Below, one piece after another: positions 12,261-27,985 of a DNA stretch of 64,000 nt (position 1 is its first letter; each line of letters starts with the position of its first letter). The notes under the pieces are model-generated. The model worked only from the letters and a program-made list of their open reading frames with translations, searched no databases and was not told the origin of the DNA. This DNA is from Eledone cirrhosa. Lineage: Eukaryota. Location: contig OZ024753.1 of the NCBI GenBank assembly GCA_964016885.1, positions 38,626,001-38,690,000 of the forward strand. The letters run 5' to 3'. The position numbers and the translations under genes are program-made.

Positions 12261-12794
12261 CTGACGTAACGGCCGCAGCTCAGCTCTCGGGGTCCTGAAT
12301 CTTTTCATATATATATCCAGGTCGATTTCATCAATTTTCCTCTTTCTATAATTCTACTTTATCTTGTACCTGAAATAGAAATCAATATTTTACTAGCAGG
12401 CTGTATCGTTGATTGAACATCAGAGTACTCATACCTGAAACATATGGAGGTCCATTTCATTCTATACTGGTGCCCATACCACTGAATAGAATGTGGGACC
12501 CGTTGGTCACTCAAACACTTGATGAGGCTGGTAGGATGATCAAAACTTTACCAGATATAACACTGCTTATTTAATTCTAACTAGATGTCCGTTAAAACGT
12601 ACACACACATACACATACACATACACACAAACACATGCACACATATACAGAGTCTATCAAGCAAAGAAAAGAAATGCGAACATTGTAAACCAGAAGTGCT
12701 AGTCTTGACATGACCTCTCCCAATTGAACTGTCATCCTGTATTTATGTCCAGTACGATAGGTTTATTCAAACATTGGTGTGTCATATATGATAG

Positions 12795-12945
12795 ACGGCG
12801 AATTGGCAGAGTCGTTAGGACGTCAGACAGAATTAGAATCCCATACAGTATTCGTTCCAGCTTTCTGAGCTCAAATCCTGTCGAGGAAAATTTGCCTTTC
12901 GTCCTTTCGAGGTCGATAAATAAAGTATCAGTCTATACTGGGGGT
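12795..12945 (+). mobile_element. tRNA-derived SINE family 1 variant with a different 3' tail
   Basis: ggcgaattggcagagtcgttag, gagctcaaatcctg, tttgcctttcgtcctttcgaggtcgataaataaagta; similar copy and tail at ~40155-40430. Confidence 0.65.
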
Positions 12946-13518
12946 AAATTCTTCCTTTATATATCTTTCTAGCTACCTTTCTCTCTTTTCCTCTATAGCT
13001 CTCTGGAAGAAATCGGCTGTGTCTCGACCTGGATAAAGAAATGTTCCACCATGTTTAAATGCTGTATATCTCGACAGTGTCCCTTCGATTCCATCAGGAA
13101 TGGGCCCTTGTGCCTCAATAAGAAATCAATATTTATCAATATTTATTCCATATATTAACCGTTTTCAAATCTATAGAAGATTCATTGATATAACCGACTG
13201 AATCAACATCTGTGAATGTTCGATACATTTTTTTTTATATCGACACTGCAGGGGTGAATCTCAAACTGAGAGCCCATATCATTAGAACTCACGACCCTAA
13301 AAGCTAACAACAACAACAACAAAAACCCCCAAAAAGCCAACAAAACAACAACAACAAAATGCCATAACCTAATCTAGTCCTTCGTGTGTTAAATATTCTA
13401 CCCCTACTGTCATTTGTGTAGATATAGTCAACATGAATGGACCTGTTAGTTTTATCTAAAGACATTTTTTTCAATTCCAACCCGCTCGTCCATTCAATCT
13501 ATCTTATTTCTCATTCTT

Positions 13519-13554
13519 TCTTCTGATGAAAGACTAGCGTCCAAAACGTTAAGA
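13519..13554 (+). ncRNA. Degenerate minimal hammerhead (G12 lost)
   Basis: tctt CTGATGA aa-gac tagc gtc-c AAAAcgTT aaga; stems I and II pair but GAAA is mutated. Confidence 0.35.
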
Positions 13555-13949
13555 CCCCTTTCCTGCTATTTCAAGCGTTAACCTAATATATTCCTTCCAT
13601 GTACTGTAGCGATTGTGTTGTTATTTCTGTTTAACTTTTACATACATATATTAACTGTAATATATATAACTTTCAATGTGTCTGTCTTACGAATTATCTC
13701 TGAATATATGTACCTGCATATATTTAGTTTTAATCTACGTTATCATTCTATTATCTATATTATCAAGAAATTTGATATACGTTCTACTAAAGTTAACCCA
13801 GAAAATATCACAGCAATAGACTCTGGCTGGTATCATCCCAATATCACAACCAGTGTATCAATGTCATTCATGTCTGCTGAAATTAACCATCTAACTGCAC
13901 GACTGCGGCTTGTCCACGTACTACACATACCTTCGAAAAGACCAGTGAA

Positions 13950-14330
13950 GTCCTCCTTCGAGAGGTAGCTAGAATGGGTGGAGTGCAGAAATCAATGAGG
14001 TCCTTTATTTGAGTGGTATAGGAGGCAATGAGACCCGCCTATGAGTGGTAACTAGAAGAAAGGGAATGTAAGAGGAAATCGGGCCCTTCTTTGAGTGGTA
14101 ACTAGAAGATGGATGGTATAGAGGACTGTGGGGCCCTCCTTTCAGTGGTAATCAGAAAAGGATGCAGGATACAGGATGCAGGTTACAGGATGCAGGATGC
14201 AATGAGGATCTCCGAGTGGTAACCAGAAAAGGGAGTGGCGGAGGTTATGAAGCCCTTTTTAAAGTGGTGATCAGAAGTTGGGTGATGTAGAAAACAAGGC
14301 AGGTCCACTATAATCTGGTTGAGTACTGTG
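13950..14330 (+). repeat. Degenerate ~50-bp minisatellite with core GAGTGGTAACTAGAAG
   Basis: Cores at ~13960, 14011, 14043, 14093, 14143, 14214 and 14262; one unit is lengthened by 7-mer caggat(g/a) repeats. Confidence 0.75.
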
Positions 14331-14580
14331 GAGGAAGACTTGTCACAAGTAGATAATTTCTGTTCTCGTCTACAGATCGGAGTTTTTAGACAATGTCTGG
14401 ATATTCCGACAAGGACCCCCGGCGTCTCAGTTCCAATGGAGTGGACCTTATCAACCCTCGGGAAAGCAACCCGAATTAGGTTAGATGTTGAAAAATATAT
14501 GAAAAATGAAAAAATAGCTTCACCTAAACAGACGACGCACACATACATATAATCATATAATTTCATATATATATATATAT

Positions 14581-14848
14581 TTGCCAGGGAACGTTTCCAC
14601 GAACCAAAGTATCGTCTTGCTGTCTTCCCCCGGTTGCAACGTTTTTTGAAATATTTACTTCTGTGTTCACGGATTGACTTTGTTAGTTTCAGAAGATCCC
14701 GTTAAGGGTGAAATCAGCGATTCTTTGCTTAAACTCTATTCTGTTATTTTAATAAATATTTGCTCTACGGTTCTCATATATTTGATATATATTTATCCTT
14801 ATCGAGCCCTCTTTGGATTTTAGTCTTCAAATTTATTATTATTACTAT
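14581..14848 (+). mobile_element. Family B mini-PLE, forward copy with HHR-like motif (14685-14735) and tail
   Basis: agttt CAGAAGA tcccgttaagggt GAAA tcagcgattctttgc TT aaact; GCTC 14762 ... GAGC 14804; TA-flanked; partial copies at ~30140-30195 and ~31098-31165. Confidence 0.7.
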
Positions 14849-14918
14849 ATATATATGTATGTATGTATGTATGTGTATGTATGTATGTGTATGTATGTAT
14901 ATATCTATGTGTGCATGT

Positions 14919-15482
14919 GTACAACCTGTCTCATGGTCGGGTCGTTGGCGACTAAACTGGCAACCCTACCAAGGTTTCTTGGTGAGGAGGGTGACTTTGG
15001 ACATCCTGCAGGACTAAAAACAAAACCTGTCAAAGGGCAAAGGAGCTCTTAAGAGTCAATGGCCATCCAAAATCGCCGGAAGAGATGACACCTTAACCTT
15101 TGTCAAGGCAGAATTATAGGAGAAGGAAAACTCTGATATAACACCTGCAACCCTGATGGTATCCAATGATGTTGACTTGTTTTTCTTTTTGGTAAATATC
15201 ATCTTGGTTAAGAGAGTGGGACTGGCTTTGTGCAGTGCCTTTGCTCACTATAAAAGCTTCACGGCACAGGCATTGCTTTGTATCTGGAGATCTCTCTTCA
15301 CCTTTCATCACATGGTACCATGGGCCCAGCACTGTCAATAATTGTCACAAGTGTAGTGTTTGTACCAGAGTTTTCAAGTCGCTGGCTGGACTAAACAGTC
15401 ACACTCGTTCAGCGCATCGGTAGGGGTTCTCCTACATGGATATAAAGTAGTGGCCGTACTCGAAAACGAGTTGGCAGCCACC
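14919..15482 (+). mobile_element. Non-autonomous RTE-type LINE derivative (5'UTR-like segment fused to a C2H2 zinc-finger 3' end)
   Basis: ggagaaggaaaactctgatat 5'UTR-like motif; C-terminal HKCSVCTRVFKSLAGLNSHTRSAHR*; 12-bp TSD atgtgtgcatgt at 14907 and 15483. Confidence 0.7.
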
Positions 15483-15499
15483 ATGTGTGCATGTATGTA

Positions 15500-15540
<41 letters not shown>

Positions 15541-15736
15541 GTGTGTGTGTGTAATGAATAAACAGAACAAAATGAATCCCAAAAATGAAAACATGAATAT
15601 ATATAAAAATAAACAAGACTCTAGTTAGACGTCGGGTTGGATTACGTATCATTAGTCTGTTCATATATTATATAGATTTTCATATTGGGATATATATATA
15701 TATATATACATATATGTATGTATGTATATATATATG

Positions 15737-15801
<65 letters not shown>

Positions 15802-15815
15802 ATATATATATATAT

Positions 15816-15863
<48 letters not shown>

Positions 15864-16022
15864 GTATATATATATAATATATATATGTATGTATATATAT
15901 ATATATATGTATGTATATGTATATATATATAGATGTATGTATATATATATATATATATATATACATATATATACATATATATATATACATATATATAAGT
16001 ATATATATATTTATATATACAC

Positions 16023-16053
<31 letters not shown>

Positions 16054-16107
16054 TATATATACGTGTGTGTGTGTGTATACATATATATATATATATGGAC
16101 TACTACA

Positions 16108-16144
<37 letters not shown>

Positions 16145-16216
16145 TTTTTATTATTGTTGTTATCGGCGGCAAACAAAGCAAAACAAATGAATCTGAGAGG
16201 GAGAGAGAGAGGGAGA

Positions 16217-16301
<85 letters not shown>

Positions 16302-16337
16302 CCCATGTGAATGTTTGTATGTGTATATATATATATT

Positions 16338-16387
<50 letters not shown>

Positions 16388-16679
16388 AATAATTATACCA
16401 AATATTATGTGTATGTTTATACATGTATGTCTGTGTATGTTTATGTATATACGTTTATGTTTGTGTAACTATGTGTTTATGAATGTGTGTATGTGTATAT
16501 ATATGTATGTGTGTGTGTGCGTATGTATGTGTGTGTGTATATTTATCTATAAACATGTACGTATGTGCCTGCATGTATGTGTATGTATATGCATGTACGT
16601 GTATATGTATGTGTGTGTATATGTATGTGGTGATGGCTATATTGATTCCTGAAGCGAGAAAAAGAGAAAAAAAAACAAC

Positions 16680-18085
16680 AACCAAAAAACGAAACCCCCC
16701 TCCCCCCATCACCGCCACCACCACTACCACCACCACTACTACTACCACCACCACCACCACCACCACCACCACCACCACCACCACCACCACCACCACCACC
16801 ACCACCACCACCATCATCACCACCATCATCTCCACTACCACTACCAACAAAACCAAACAGTCCCCTCCTCCCCAACCACCACCACCACCACCACCATCAC
16901 TATCAAAACCAACAACAAAACCAAACAGTCCCCCTCCCCAACCACCACCACCACCACCATCATCACCACCATCACCACCACCACCACCACCACCACCACC
17001 ACCACCACCACCACCACCACCACCACCACCACCACCACCATCATCACCACCATCATCTCCACTACCACTACCAACAAAACCAAACAGTCCCCTCCTCCCC
17101 AACCACCACCACCACCACCACCATCACTATCAAAACCAACAACAAAACCAAACAGTCCCCCTCCCCAACCACCACCACCACCACCATCACCACCACCACC
17201 ACCACCACCACCACCACCACCACCACCACCACCACCACCACCACCACCACCACCACCACCATCATCACCACCATCATCCCCACTACCACTACCAACAAAA
17301 CCCCCCCCAACCACCACCACCACCACCACGACCACCACCACCACCATCACTATCAAAACCAACAACAAAACCAAACAGTCCCCCTCCCCAACCACCACCA
17401 CCACCACCATCACCACCACCACCACCACCACCACCACCACCACCACCACCACCACCACCACCACCACCACCACCACCACCACCACCATCATCACCACCAT
17501 CATCTCCACTACCACTACCAACAAAACCAAACAGTCCCCTCCTCCCCAACCACCACCACCACCACCACCACCATCACTATCAAAACCAACAACAAAACCA
17601 AACAGTCCCCCTCCCCAACCACCACCACCACCACCATCATCACCACTACCACTACCAACAAAACCAAACAGTCCCCTCCCCCCAACCACCACCACCACCA
17701 CCACGACGACCACCACCACCACCATCACTATCAAAACCAACAACAAAACCAAACAGTCCCCCTCCCCAACCACCACCACCACCACCATCACCACCACCAT
17801 CATCCCCACTACCACTACCAACAAAACCAAACAGTCCCCTCCCCCCAACCACCACCACCACCACGACGACCACCACCACCACCACCATCACTATCAAAAC
17901 CAACAACAAAACCAAACAGTCCCCCTCCCCAACCACCACCACCACCACCATCACCACCACCATCATCCCCACTACCACTACCAACAAAACCAAACAGTCC
18001 CCTCCCCCCCAACCACCACCACCACCACCACCACGACCACCACCACCACCATCACTATCAAAACCAACAACAAAACCAAACAAAC
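16680..18085 (+). repeat. Compound (CCA)n minisatellite with two alternating linkers
   Basis: (cca)n runs alternate with ...ccactaccactaccaacaaaaccaaacagtcccctcctccccaa and tcactatcaaaaccaacaacaaaaccaaacagtccccctccccaa. Confidence 0.9.
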
Positions 18086-18384
18086 AAACAGAAAAAAATA
18101 GGAAAAGCTAAAGTAAAAGTGCTACCGTTAGTAACATTTGCTCTCTTCTTCAATGTATAATGAGACATCGGATGATTAAAAACCACAACTTGTGAATATT
18201 ACATGAGACAAGCACAATTCATCTTGTTCTGGGCTGAGGCTGACTGGAACATCAATAACAGGAGACGTGACGTGGAGGACGGTGCATCACCAAACAACAC
18301 AGTAATCCCGCAAAAAAAAAAAAAAAATAAATAATAATAATAATAATAATAATAAAGCAAAAAAATAAATAATGATAAAGCAAA

Positions 18385-18427
<43 letters not shown>

Positions 18428-18465
18428 TAATAATAAAGCAAAAAAGTAAATAATAATAAAGCAAA

Positions 18466-18535
<70 letters not shown>

Positions 18536-18629
18536 TAATGATGATGATGATGATAATATTACTAATAATAACAGTAGTAGCCCATGCGTACGACACACAC
18601 ACATACCTACCTACAATACATGGAGAAAT

Positions 18630-18669
<40 letters not shown>

Positions 18670-18864
18670 AGAAATACACACACAGAGCAACAAACACGGA
18701 TACACATACAAACGGACACACAGAGAAACTGACATAAACAAACACACACACAAACATACACACACAGAAACACAAGCACACACAAACATAGACCTAGAAT
18801 TCCAAAGCATACATGCACATCCATACATCAAGAATTCCAAAACACGCATATACATACAACTCAG

Positions 18865-18909
<45 letters not shown>

Positions 18910-19003
18910 AATATAACCATTGGTAGCAGATACATGTGAAGTTTATGAAACTTTGTTTAACCTATATATATATATACAGTATATATATATATATATATAT
19001 ACA

Positions 19004-19136
<133 letters not shown>

Positions 19137-19137
19137 C

Positions 19138-19174
<37 letters not shown>

Positions 19175-19494
19175 AATTAAACTGCAGTGATGCTGGGGGC
19201 ACCGACTTGACTGAGTCGATCATATCGACTCACAGTATATGGTCTTTCATATCTACTACATATTTTATCGATCTCATTTCTGGCGAACTTCTGATTTACT
19301 TCGAGGTCGCGACCACAGATTTGCCGTGTAAGAACCAGCTTCGATATTCTAATATGTTTGACATTCTCTGCTGAGAGACATCACAAGCTCATCAGGGGAT
19401 CTTCTCAAACCATGAGGATATTTAAAATGACCGCTACATACGATATTTTCAAAGGGTGGAAAATATATATAGGTTGTACATAGTTATATAATAT

Positions 19495-19668
19495 TTGGCA
19501 ATATCGGTAGAGGGCTGGACGCCATGCTTTCTAGCATAGTTACGTCCCTTTACGGTCTGAGTTTAAATCCTGTCGAGGTTAACTTTGCCTTTTATCCTTA
19601 CGGGTTCGATAAAATAAAGTACCAGTAATGTACTGGGTAATTGCTGGCCTTGTGCCAAAAGTAGAAAA
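19495..19668 (+). mobile_element. tRNA-derived SINE family 1
   Basis: Close match to 5822-5995. Confidence 0.8.
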
Positions 19669-19817
19669 AGTTATATAATAGATATGTGTGTGTACAAATA
19701 TAGGGTGTGCCCACCAAAATATATACACACTTTGATTACCTATACAGGCAATATTTATTAGAATGCTGTTGAAGTATGTATTCATATATACATAGTAAAT
19801 TGTTCACCCTCTCCACC

Positions 19818-19966
<149 letters not shown>

Positions 19967-20205
19967 ATTATCGAGAATCGCAACTTCGGCTCACGAAATA
20001 ACGAAAAACAATCTCCGAGATGTGTGGCAAAATGCTCAATGGTTCGGATGAACCAGAGCTATAACTAACGTTTAATACCAAACACACTGAGACGATGGTT
20101 AAACAATCATTCGCACCGCCAAAAAAAACGACCAAGTAATTCGGGTCAAACAAATAAAAATATACATGATTGAAAAATTATATATATATATTACATCATA
20201 GTAGG

Positions 20206-20375
20206 GAGTTAGTGCCCGGCGGCTGAGTTCTTGCCGTTTAGAAATGCTGTCAAAGCAGTAAGAGCTCAGTTGTCGGGCCCTAACTCTCAAATATATTTAT
20301 ACTCTACTATCCCAGATATCGAGTACTCTGCTGAATAAATAGTCTTACTACTTTAAAACTAGTAACCTGGATCTA
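20206..20375 (+). mobile_element. Family D-related island: short inverted arm plus tail
   Basis: Imperfect arms 20206-20234 and 20258-20286; tail actctactatcccagatatcgagtactc related to 10345-10417 and 28104-28177. Confidence 0.6.
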
Positions 20376-20391
20376 TAATATATATATATAT

Positions 20392-20828
20392 ATATACGAT
20401 ATTAAACAAATGGAAACTATATTTATAAAACCATATTTATTTCATTATACATATTTCAGGGATACCATATTAAAAATATGGCATGCCTTCGTCAGATAAA
20501 ATACAATATATAAACAGTTTTATAAATAATTTTGACGTACCATAATATAAGCAACCATTAAATTAGGAAGCTGCCTTGGTCGCTTATATTATGGTACGTC
20601 AAAATTATTTATAAAACTGTTTATATATTGTATTTTATCTGACGAAGGCATGCCATATTTTTAATATGGTATCCCTGAAATATGTATAATGAAATAAATA
20701 TGGTTTTATAAATATAGTTTCCATTTGTTTAATATCGTATATCTACTCCAAAAACTTGTCGAGTGCTTTATATCAGTTATAAAATATTTACTTGTTGTAA
20801 CCCAACAATTTTAAATAAAACTTTTGCA
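20392..20828 (+). mobile_element. Family A palindromic mini-PLE (166-bp arms, 19-nt spacer, plus tail)
   Basis: 20392-20557 and 20577-20742 are reverse complements; tail 20743-20828 with ACTC 20745 ... GAGT 20761; (TA)n on both sides. Confidence 0.9.
20631..20696 (+). ncRNA. Minimal type I hammerhead (family A); mirror copy at 20438-20503 on the minus strand
   Basis: tattttat CTGACGA agg-c-atgccatatt ttt aatatggtat-ccct GAAA tatgta TA atgaaata. Confidence 0.75.
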
Positions 20829-20845
20829 TATATATATATATATAT

Positions 20846-21045
20846 ATATACGATATTAACAAATGGAAACTATATTTATTAAACCATATTTATTTCATTA
20901 TATATATTTCAAGGACACCAAGTTAAATTATGGTGTGCTTTCATCAGACAAAATATAATATAGATCAGTTTTATAAATAAATATTGACATACCCTTAACA
21001 AATGCAACCATTACTGTTGGAAGCTCCCCGATAGTGGAGTTGCAC
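20846..21045 (-). mobile_element. Family A copy with HHR at 20891-20955
   Basis: Minus strand: tattttgt CTGATGA aagc-acacca taatttaact tggtgt-cctt GAAA tatata TA atgaaata. Confidence 0.75.
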
Positions 21046-21061
21046 ATATATATATATATAT

Positions 21062-23050
<1,989 letters not shown>

Positions 23051-23396
23051 CCTGAATCAAGCTTTGCCTATTGTTTTGGTGTTCTAGGGTCGATAAACTG
23101 AAACTACCAGTCAAGTGCGGGGTTGCTGTTATTTGAGGCCGCGTCTCTATACTATATTAGTAATCAATACATAGCATAAATACATAATTATATAATTATA
23201 TCATATATAATAGACACATAGAGACACACAAATACACACACACACACACACGCCCCTACACTCACATCAACTGTCACATATTAGCGAAGTAAATGCACGC
23301 AGATAAATTTACATATCCGGAGTGTGTACGAGTTAAATGCATCAATAAACAGCTTTAATATTATTATAATACCACCATCACACACACGCACACACG

Positions 23397-23495
<99 letters not shown>

Positions 23496-23603
23496 TCACC
23501 TTTTCATATCCCTCTCACTTTTTGTCTGTCTGTCTATCTCTCTGTCTCTCTTTCTTTCTCCTTCTCTCATACATAAATTTACGTGTACACGAAAACAGTT
23601 ATG

Positions 23604-23655
<52 letters not shown>

Positions 23656-23665
23656 TATCTGTGTG

Positions 23666-23794
<129 letters not shown>

Positions 23795-23869
23795 ATATAT
23801 ATCTATATATATCTGTATGTATGTATATATATATATATCTGTATGTATATATATATATATATCTGGGTG

Positions 23870-23907
<38 letters not shown>

Positions 23908-23921
23908 CATATATACATCTA

Positions 23922-23966
<45 letters not shown>

Positions 23967-24106
23967 TTATCTATATCTATATCTATATATATATATGTAT
24001 ATATGTATCTATCTATATATATCTATATCTATATATATATATATCTATATATATATACATATATGTATATATACATATATGTATATATACATATATGTAT
24101 ATATAC

Positions 24107-24506
24107 ATGGTGGCTGCCAACTCGTTTTCGAGTACGGCCACTACTTTATATCCATGTAGGAGAACCCCTACCGATGCGCTGAACGAATGACTTTTTAGTC
24201 CAGCCAGCGACTTGAAAACTCTGGTACAAACACTACACCTGTGACAATTATTGCCACATAGTGCTGGGCCCATGGTACCATGTGACGACAAGTGCAGAGA
24301 GATCGCCAGATATAAAGCAATGCCTGTGCCGTGAAGCTTTTATAGTGAGCAACGGCACTGCACAAAGCCAGTCCCACTCTCTTAACCAAGATGATATTTA
24401 CGAAAAACAAGAACAAGTCAACATCATTGGATACCATCAGAGTTGCAGGTGTTATATCAGAGTTTTCCTTCTCCTAGAATTCTGCCTTGACAAAGGCTAA
24501 GGGGTC

Positions 24507-24507
<1 letters not shown>
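24107..24507 (-). mobile_element. Second copy of the RTE-type non-autonomous derivative, 5'-truncated
   Basis: Reverse complement of ~15085-15485, including the [17 protein letters not shown] zinc finger. Confidence 0.75.
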
Positions 24508-24566
<59 letters not shown>

Positions 24567-24571
<5 letters not shown>

Positions 24572-24767
24572 ATTAAATAAATGGAAACTATATTTATAAA
24601 ACCATATTTATTTCATTATATATATTTCAGGGATATCATATTAACAATATGCTATGCCTTCCTCAGACAAAATACAATATAAACAGTTTTATAGATAAAT
24701 ACTTGTCGAGTGCTTTTATATCAGTTATAAATATTTACTAGTTGTAACCCAACAATTTAAATATAAC

Positions 24768-24771
<4 letters not shown>
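24567..24771 (+). mobile_element. Family A island: inverted HHR segment (24567-24700) joined to the forward tail (24701-24771)
   Basis: Minus HHR 24609-24674: tattttgt CTGAGGA aggcatagcatattgttaatatgatatccct GAAA tatata TA atgaaata; (TA)n on both sides. Confidence 0.8.
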
Positions 24772-24828
<57 letters not shown>

Positions 24829-24961
24829 CACATATGCGTACTACAGATATACATGTGTACATATAGGTAGTACATAATTTCTCCAGATGTTGCAGAAGAG
24901 CTGCCTTTCATTCAATCTCTCTCTCTCTCACCCTCTCTCTCTCTCTCTCTTTCTCTCTCTC

Positions 24962-25015
<54 letters not shown>

Positions 25016-25134
25016 TCTCTCTCAGGTGATTGACACAGAAAATCAAACATACTTACGTATGAACGTAATACCCTAACTTGACACCATTTACTTATTCATA
25101 GCTTGTCATAATAGAAGTGTTGTTTGTAATACAA

Positions 25135-25403
<269 letters not shown>

Positions 25404-25570
25404 CGTGTGGCTGTGTTGGTTAGAGAATTGGGTTCACAATCGTGAGGTTATGAGTTCGATTCCCGGACCCGAGTGATGCGTTCTTTATTTGACATTGTTC
25501 CTTCTACCTGGAGATAGTATCACCAATAGATAGTATCACCCATAGATAGTATCAGCAATTGGAAAGACCA

Positions 25571-25871
25571 ATGGAAACATTGTTTCCTTGGTCCGATTTG
25601 ACGAAAGTCGATCGAAAAAAAAATATATATATATTTCTGACGGATTTACTTCATTTATATATATATACAAAATGATGGAAACATTGTTTCCTTGGTCCGA
25701 TTTGACGAAAGTGGATCGAAAAAAAAAAATATATATATTTCTGACGGATTTACTTCAGTTATATATATATATATATATATATACAAAATGATGGAAACAT
25801 TGTTTCCTTGGTCCGATTTAACGAAAGTCGATCGAAAAAAAAAATATATATATTTCTGACGGATTTACTTC

Positions 25872-25902
<31 letters not shown>

Positions 25903-26203
25903 CAAAATGATGGAAACATTGCTTCCTTGGTCCGATTTGACGAAAGTCGATCGAAAAAAAAAATATATATATATTTCTGACGGATTTACTTCATTTATAT
26001 ATATTTACAAAATGATGGAAACATTGCTTCCTTGGTCCGATTTGACGAAAGTCGATCGAAAAAAAATATATATATATATTTCTGACGGATTTACTTCATT
26101 TATATATATTTACAAAATGATGGAAACATTGTTTCCTTGGTCCGATTTAACGAAAGTCGATCGAAAAAAAAATATATATATATATTTCTGACGGATTTAC
26201 TTC

Positions 26204-26234
<31 letters not shown>

Positions 26235-26240
26235 CAAAAT
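25571..26240 (+). repeat. Six-unit ~105-120 bp tandem repeat with internal (TA)n
   Basis: atggaaacattg(t/c)ttccttggtccgattt... starts at ~25571, 25675, 25791, 25910, 26015 and 26120. Confidence 0.9.
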
Positions 26241-26476
26241 GAACTTATTTTTTGGATATGTCAATATTTATAAAACAAGTTTTGTATTTTATCTGATTTT
26301 GGTACCCTTGAAATATATATAATAAAATAAATATGGTTCTATAAACATTGTTTCCATTTATTAATATCATTGATATATACAGGGTGCGGACGATATTTGT
26401 TCGCAATTTTCAACTGCTAATTTTATGCAAATTTTTTTTACTTCCGTTGTCACTCTTGTCTTCATAAAAACAGTGG

Positions 26477-26509
<33 letters not shown>

Positions 26510-26530
<21 letters not shown>

Positions 26531-26589
26531 TTGTATGTATTTGTATATGAGACTGTGTGCATATATATATGTGTGTATATGTGACTGCG

Positions 26590-26622
<33 letters not shown>

Positions 26623-26733
26623 ATGTGTGTGTGTGTATATGTGTGCGTGTGTGTTTGTATGTATTTGTATATGAGACTGTGTGCATATATATATGTGTGT
26701 ATATGTGACTGCGTATATATATATATATGTGTA

Positions 26734-26772
<39 letters not shown>

Positions 26773-26831
26773 TTGTATGTATTTGTATATGAGACTGTGT
26801 GCATATATATATGTGTGTATATGTGACTGCG

Positions 26832-26864
<33 letters not shown>

Positions 26865-26991
26865 TAGTATGTTTGTGTGTGTGTATATATGTGTGTGTGT
26901 GTTTGTATGTATTTGTATATGAGACTGTGTGCATATATATATGTGTGTATATGTGACTGCGTATATATATATATATATGTGTGTGTGTGTA

Positions 26992-27022
<31 letters not shown>

Positions 27023-27111
27023 TTGTATGTATTTGTATATGAGACTGTGTGCATATATATATGTGTGTATATGTGACTGCGTATATATATATATATATGT
27101 GTGTGTGTGTA

Positions 27112-27142
<31 letters not shown>

Positions 27143-27201
27143 TTGTATGTATTTGTATATGAGACTGTGTGCATATATATATGTGTGTATATGTGACTGC
27201 G

Positions 27202-27232
<31 letters not shown>

Positions 27233-27270
27233 TAGTATGTATGTGTGTGTGTATATGTGACTGCGTATAT
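26510..27270 (+). repeat. Six-unit ~120 bp tandem repeat built from (TG)n/(TA)n
   Basis: ttgtatgtatttgtatatgagactgtgtgcatatatatatgtgtgtatatgtgactgcg repeated six times. Confidence 0.9.
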
Positions 27271-27504
27271 ATATATATATATGTGTGCGTGTGTGTGTGT
27301 GTGAAAGTGTGTGTGAATGTTGGACATGTCAGTTCTGATGATAAGTGTCACTGTTGATCGAACATCAGAACTATCTACTAATCACCTAATCACCTATCGA
27401 TGAGTACCACTTTATCATATAACAATAAATATTGAATGATCTTCTATAGATGGACACAAACGGATTATCTATAAAGCAGTTATATATACATATATACATA
27501 TACA

Positions 27505-27640
27505 TAGAAATAGCCGTCGAAACGGCTTGAGCTCTGCCGTCGGGGTCATACTTTTTCCTATTTCCCACTCTACTACCCTAAGTATTGAGTACTCTGGTGC
27601 GTTATGGTCCATCTGGTTCCTTACCACAATTTCTTTGTTA
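27505..27640 (+). mobile_element. Family D forward fragment plus tail
   Basis: Matches 28045-28177; a tail-only copy lies at 58034-58108. Confidence 0.7.
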
Positions 27641-27923
27641 TATATATACATATATATATACTGTATATATGTATATATACAAATATATATATATATGTAT
27701 ATATATATATGTATATGTATGTATAACCACAGACCCTCCATCTCAACTCTACTTTTCAAAAGCAGAAGAACTGCGAAACCGGTAAAGGAACCAAATAAAT
27801 ATATATATTTAAAAGAAAATAAGACTCCATTTGCATTTTCGATTTCATCTTTTTTTCTTTATATGTGTATATATATATATATAAATGTATCTATATACAT
27901 ATATATATATATATGTGTGTATG

Positions 27924-27980
<57 letters not shown>

Positions 27981-27985
<5 letters not shown>

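Noticed and set aside
13950-14330. CRISPR-like repeat-spacer appearance
   Set aside because: Linkers are related to one another, cores are degenerate, no cas genes, eukaryotic context.
15340-15423. Host C2H2 zinc-finger gene exon
   Set aside because: Single finger inside a TSD-flanked dispersed repeat with a second copy at 24107-24507; it is a LINE C-terminus.
16483-18111. 542-aa Pro/Thr/His-rich ORF resembling extensin or formin
   Set aside because: Arises from a (CCA)n minisatellite open in several frames and on both strands; starts in a (TG)n tract; linkers shift frame between units.
20206-20286. A/G-biased differences between arms as a fossil of ADAR editing
   Set aside because: Too few sites, and comparison with family D suggests ordinary transitions in both arms.
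25571-26240. Hammerhead in each tandem unit (ctgacgg...gaaacattgtt or ttgacga...gaaa)
   Set aside because: Core deviates (G at A9 or T at C3) and no stem I can be formed.
26378-26476. Tc1-like end TA-cagggtg (similar at ~19700)
   Set aside because: No matching second terminal repeat found.
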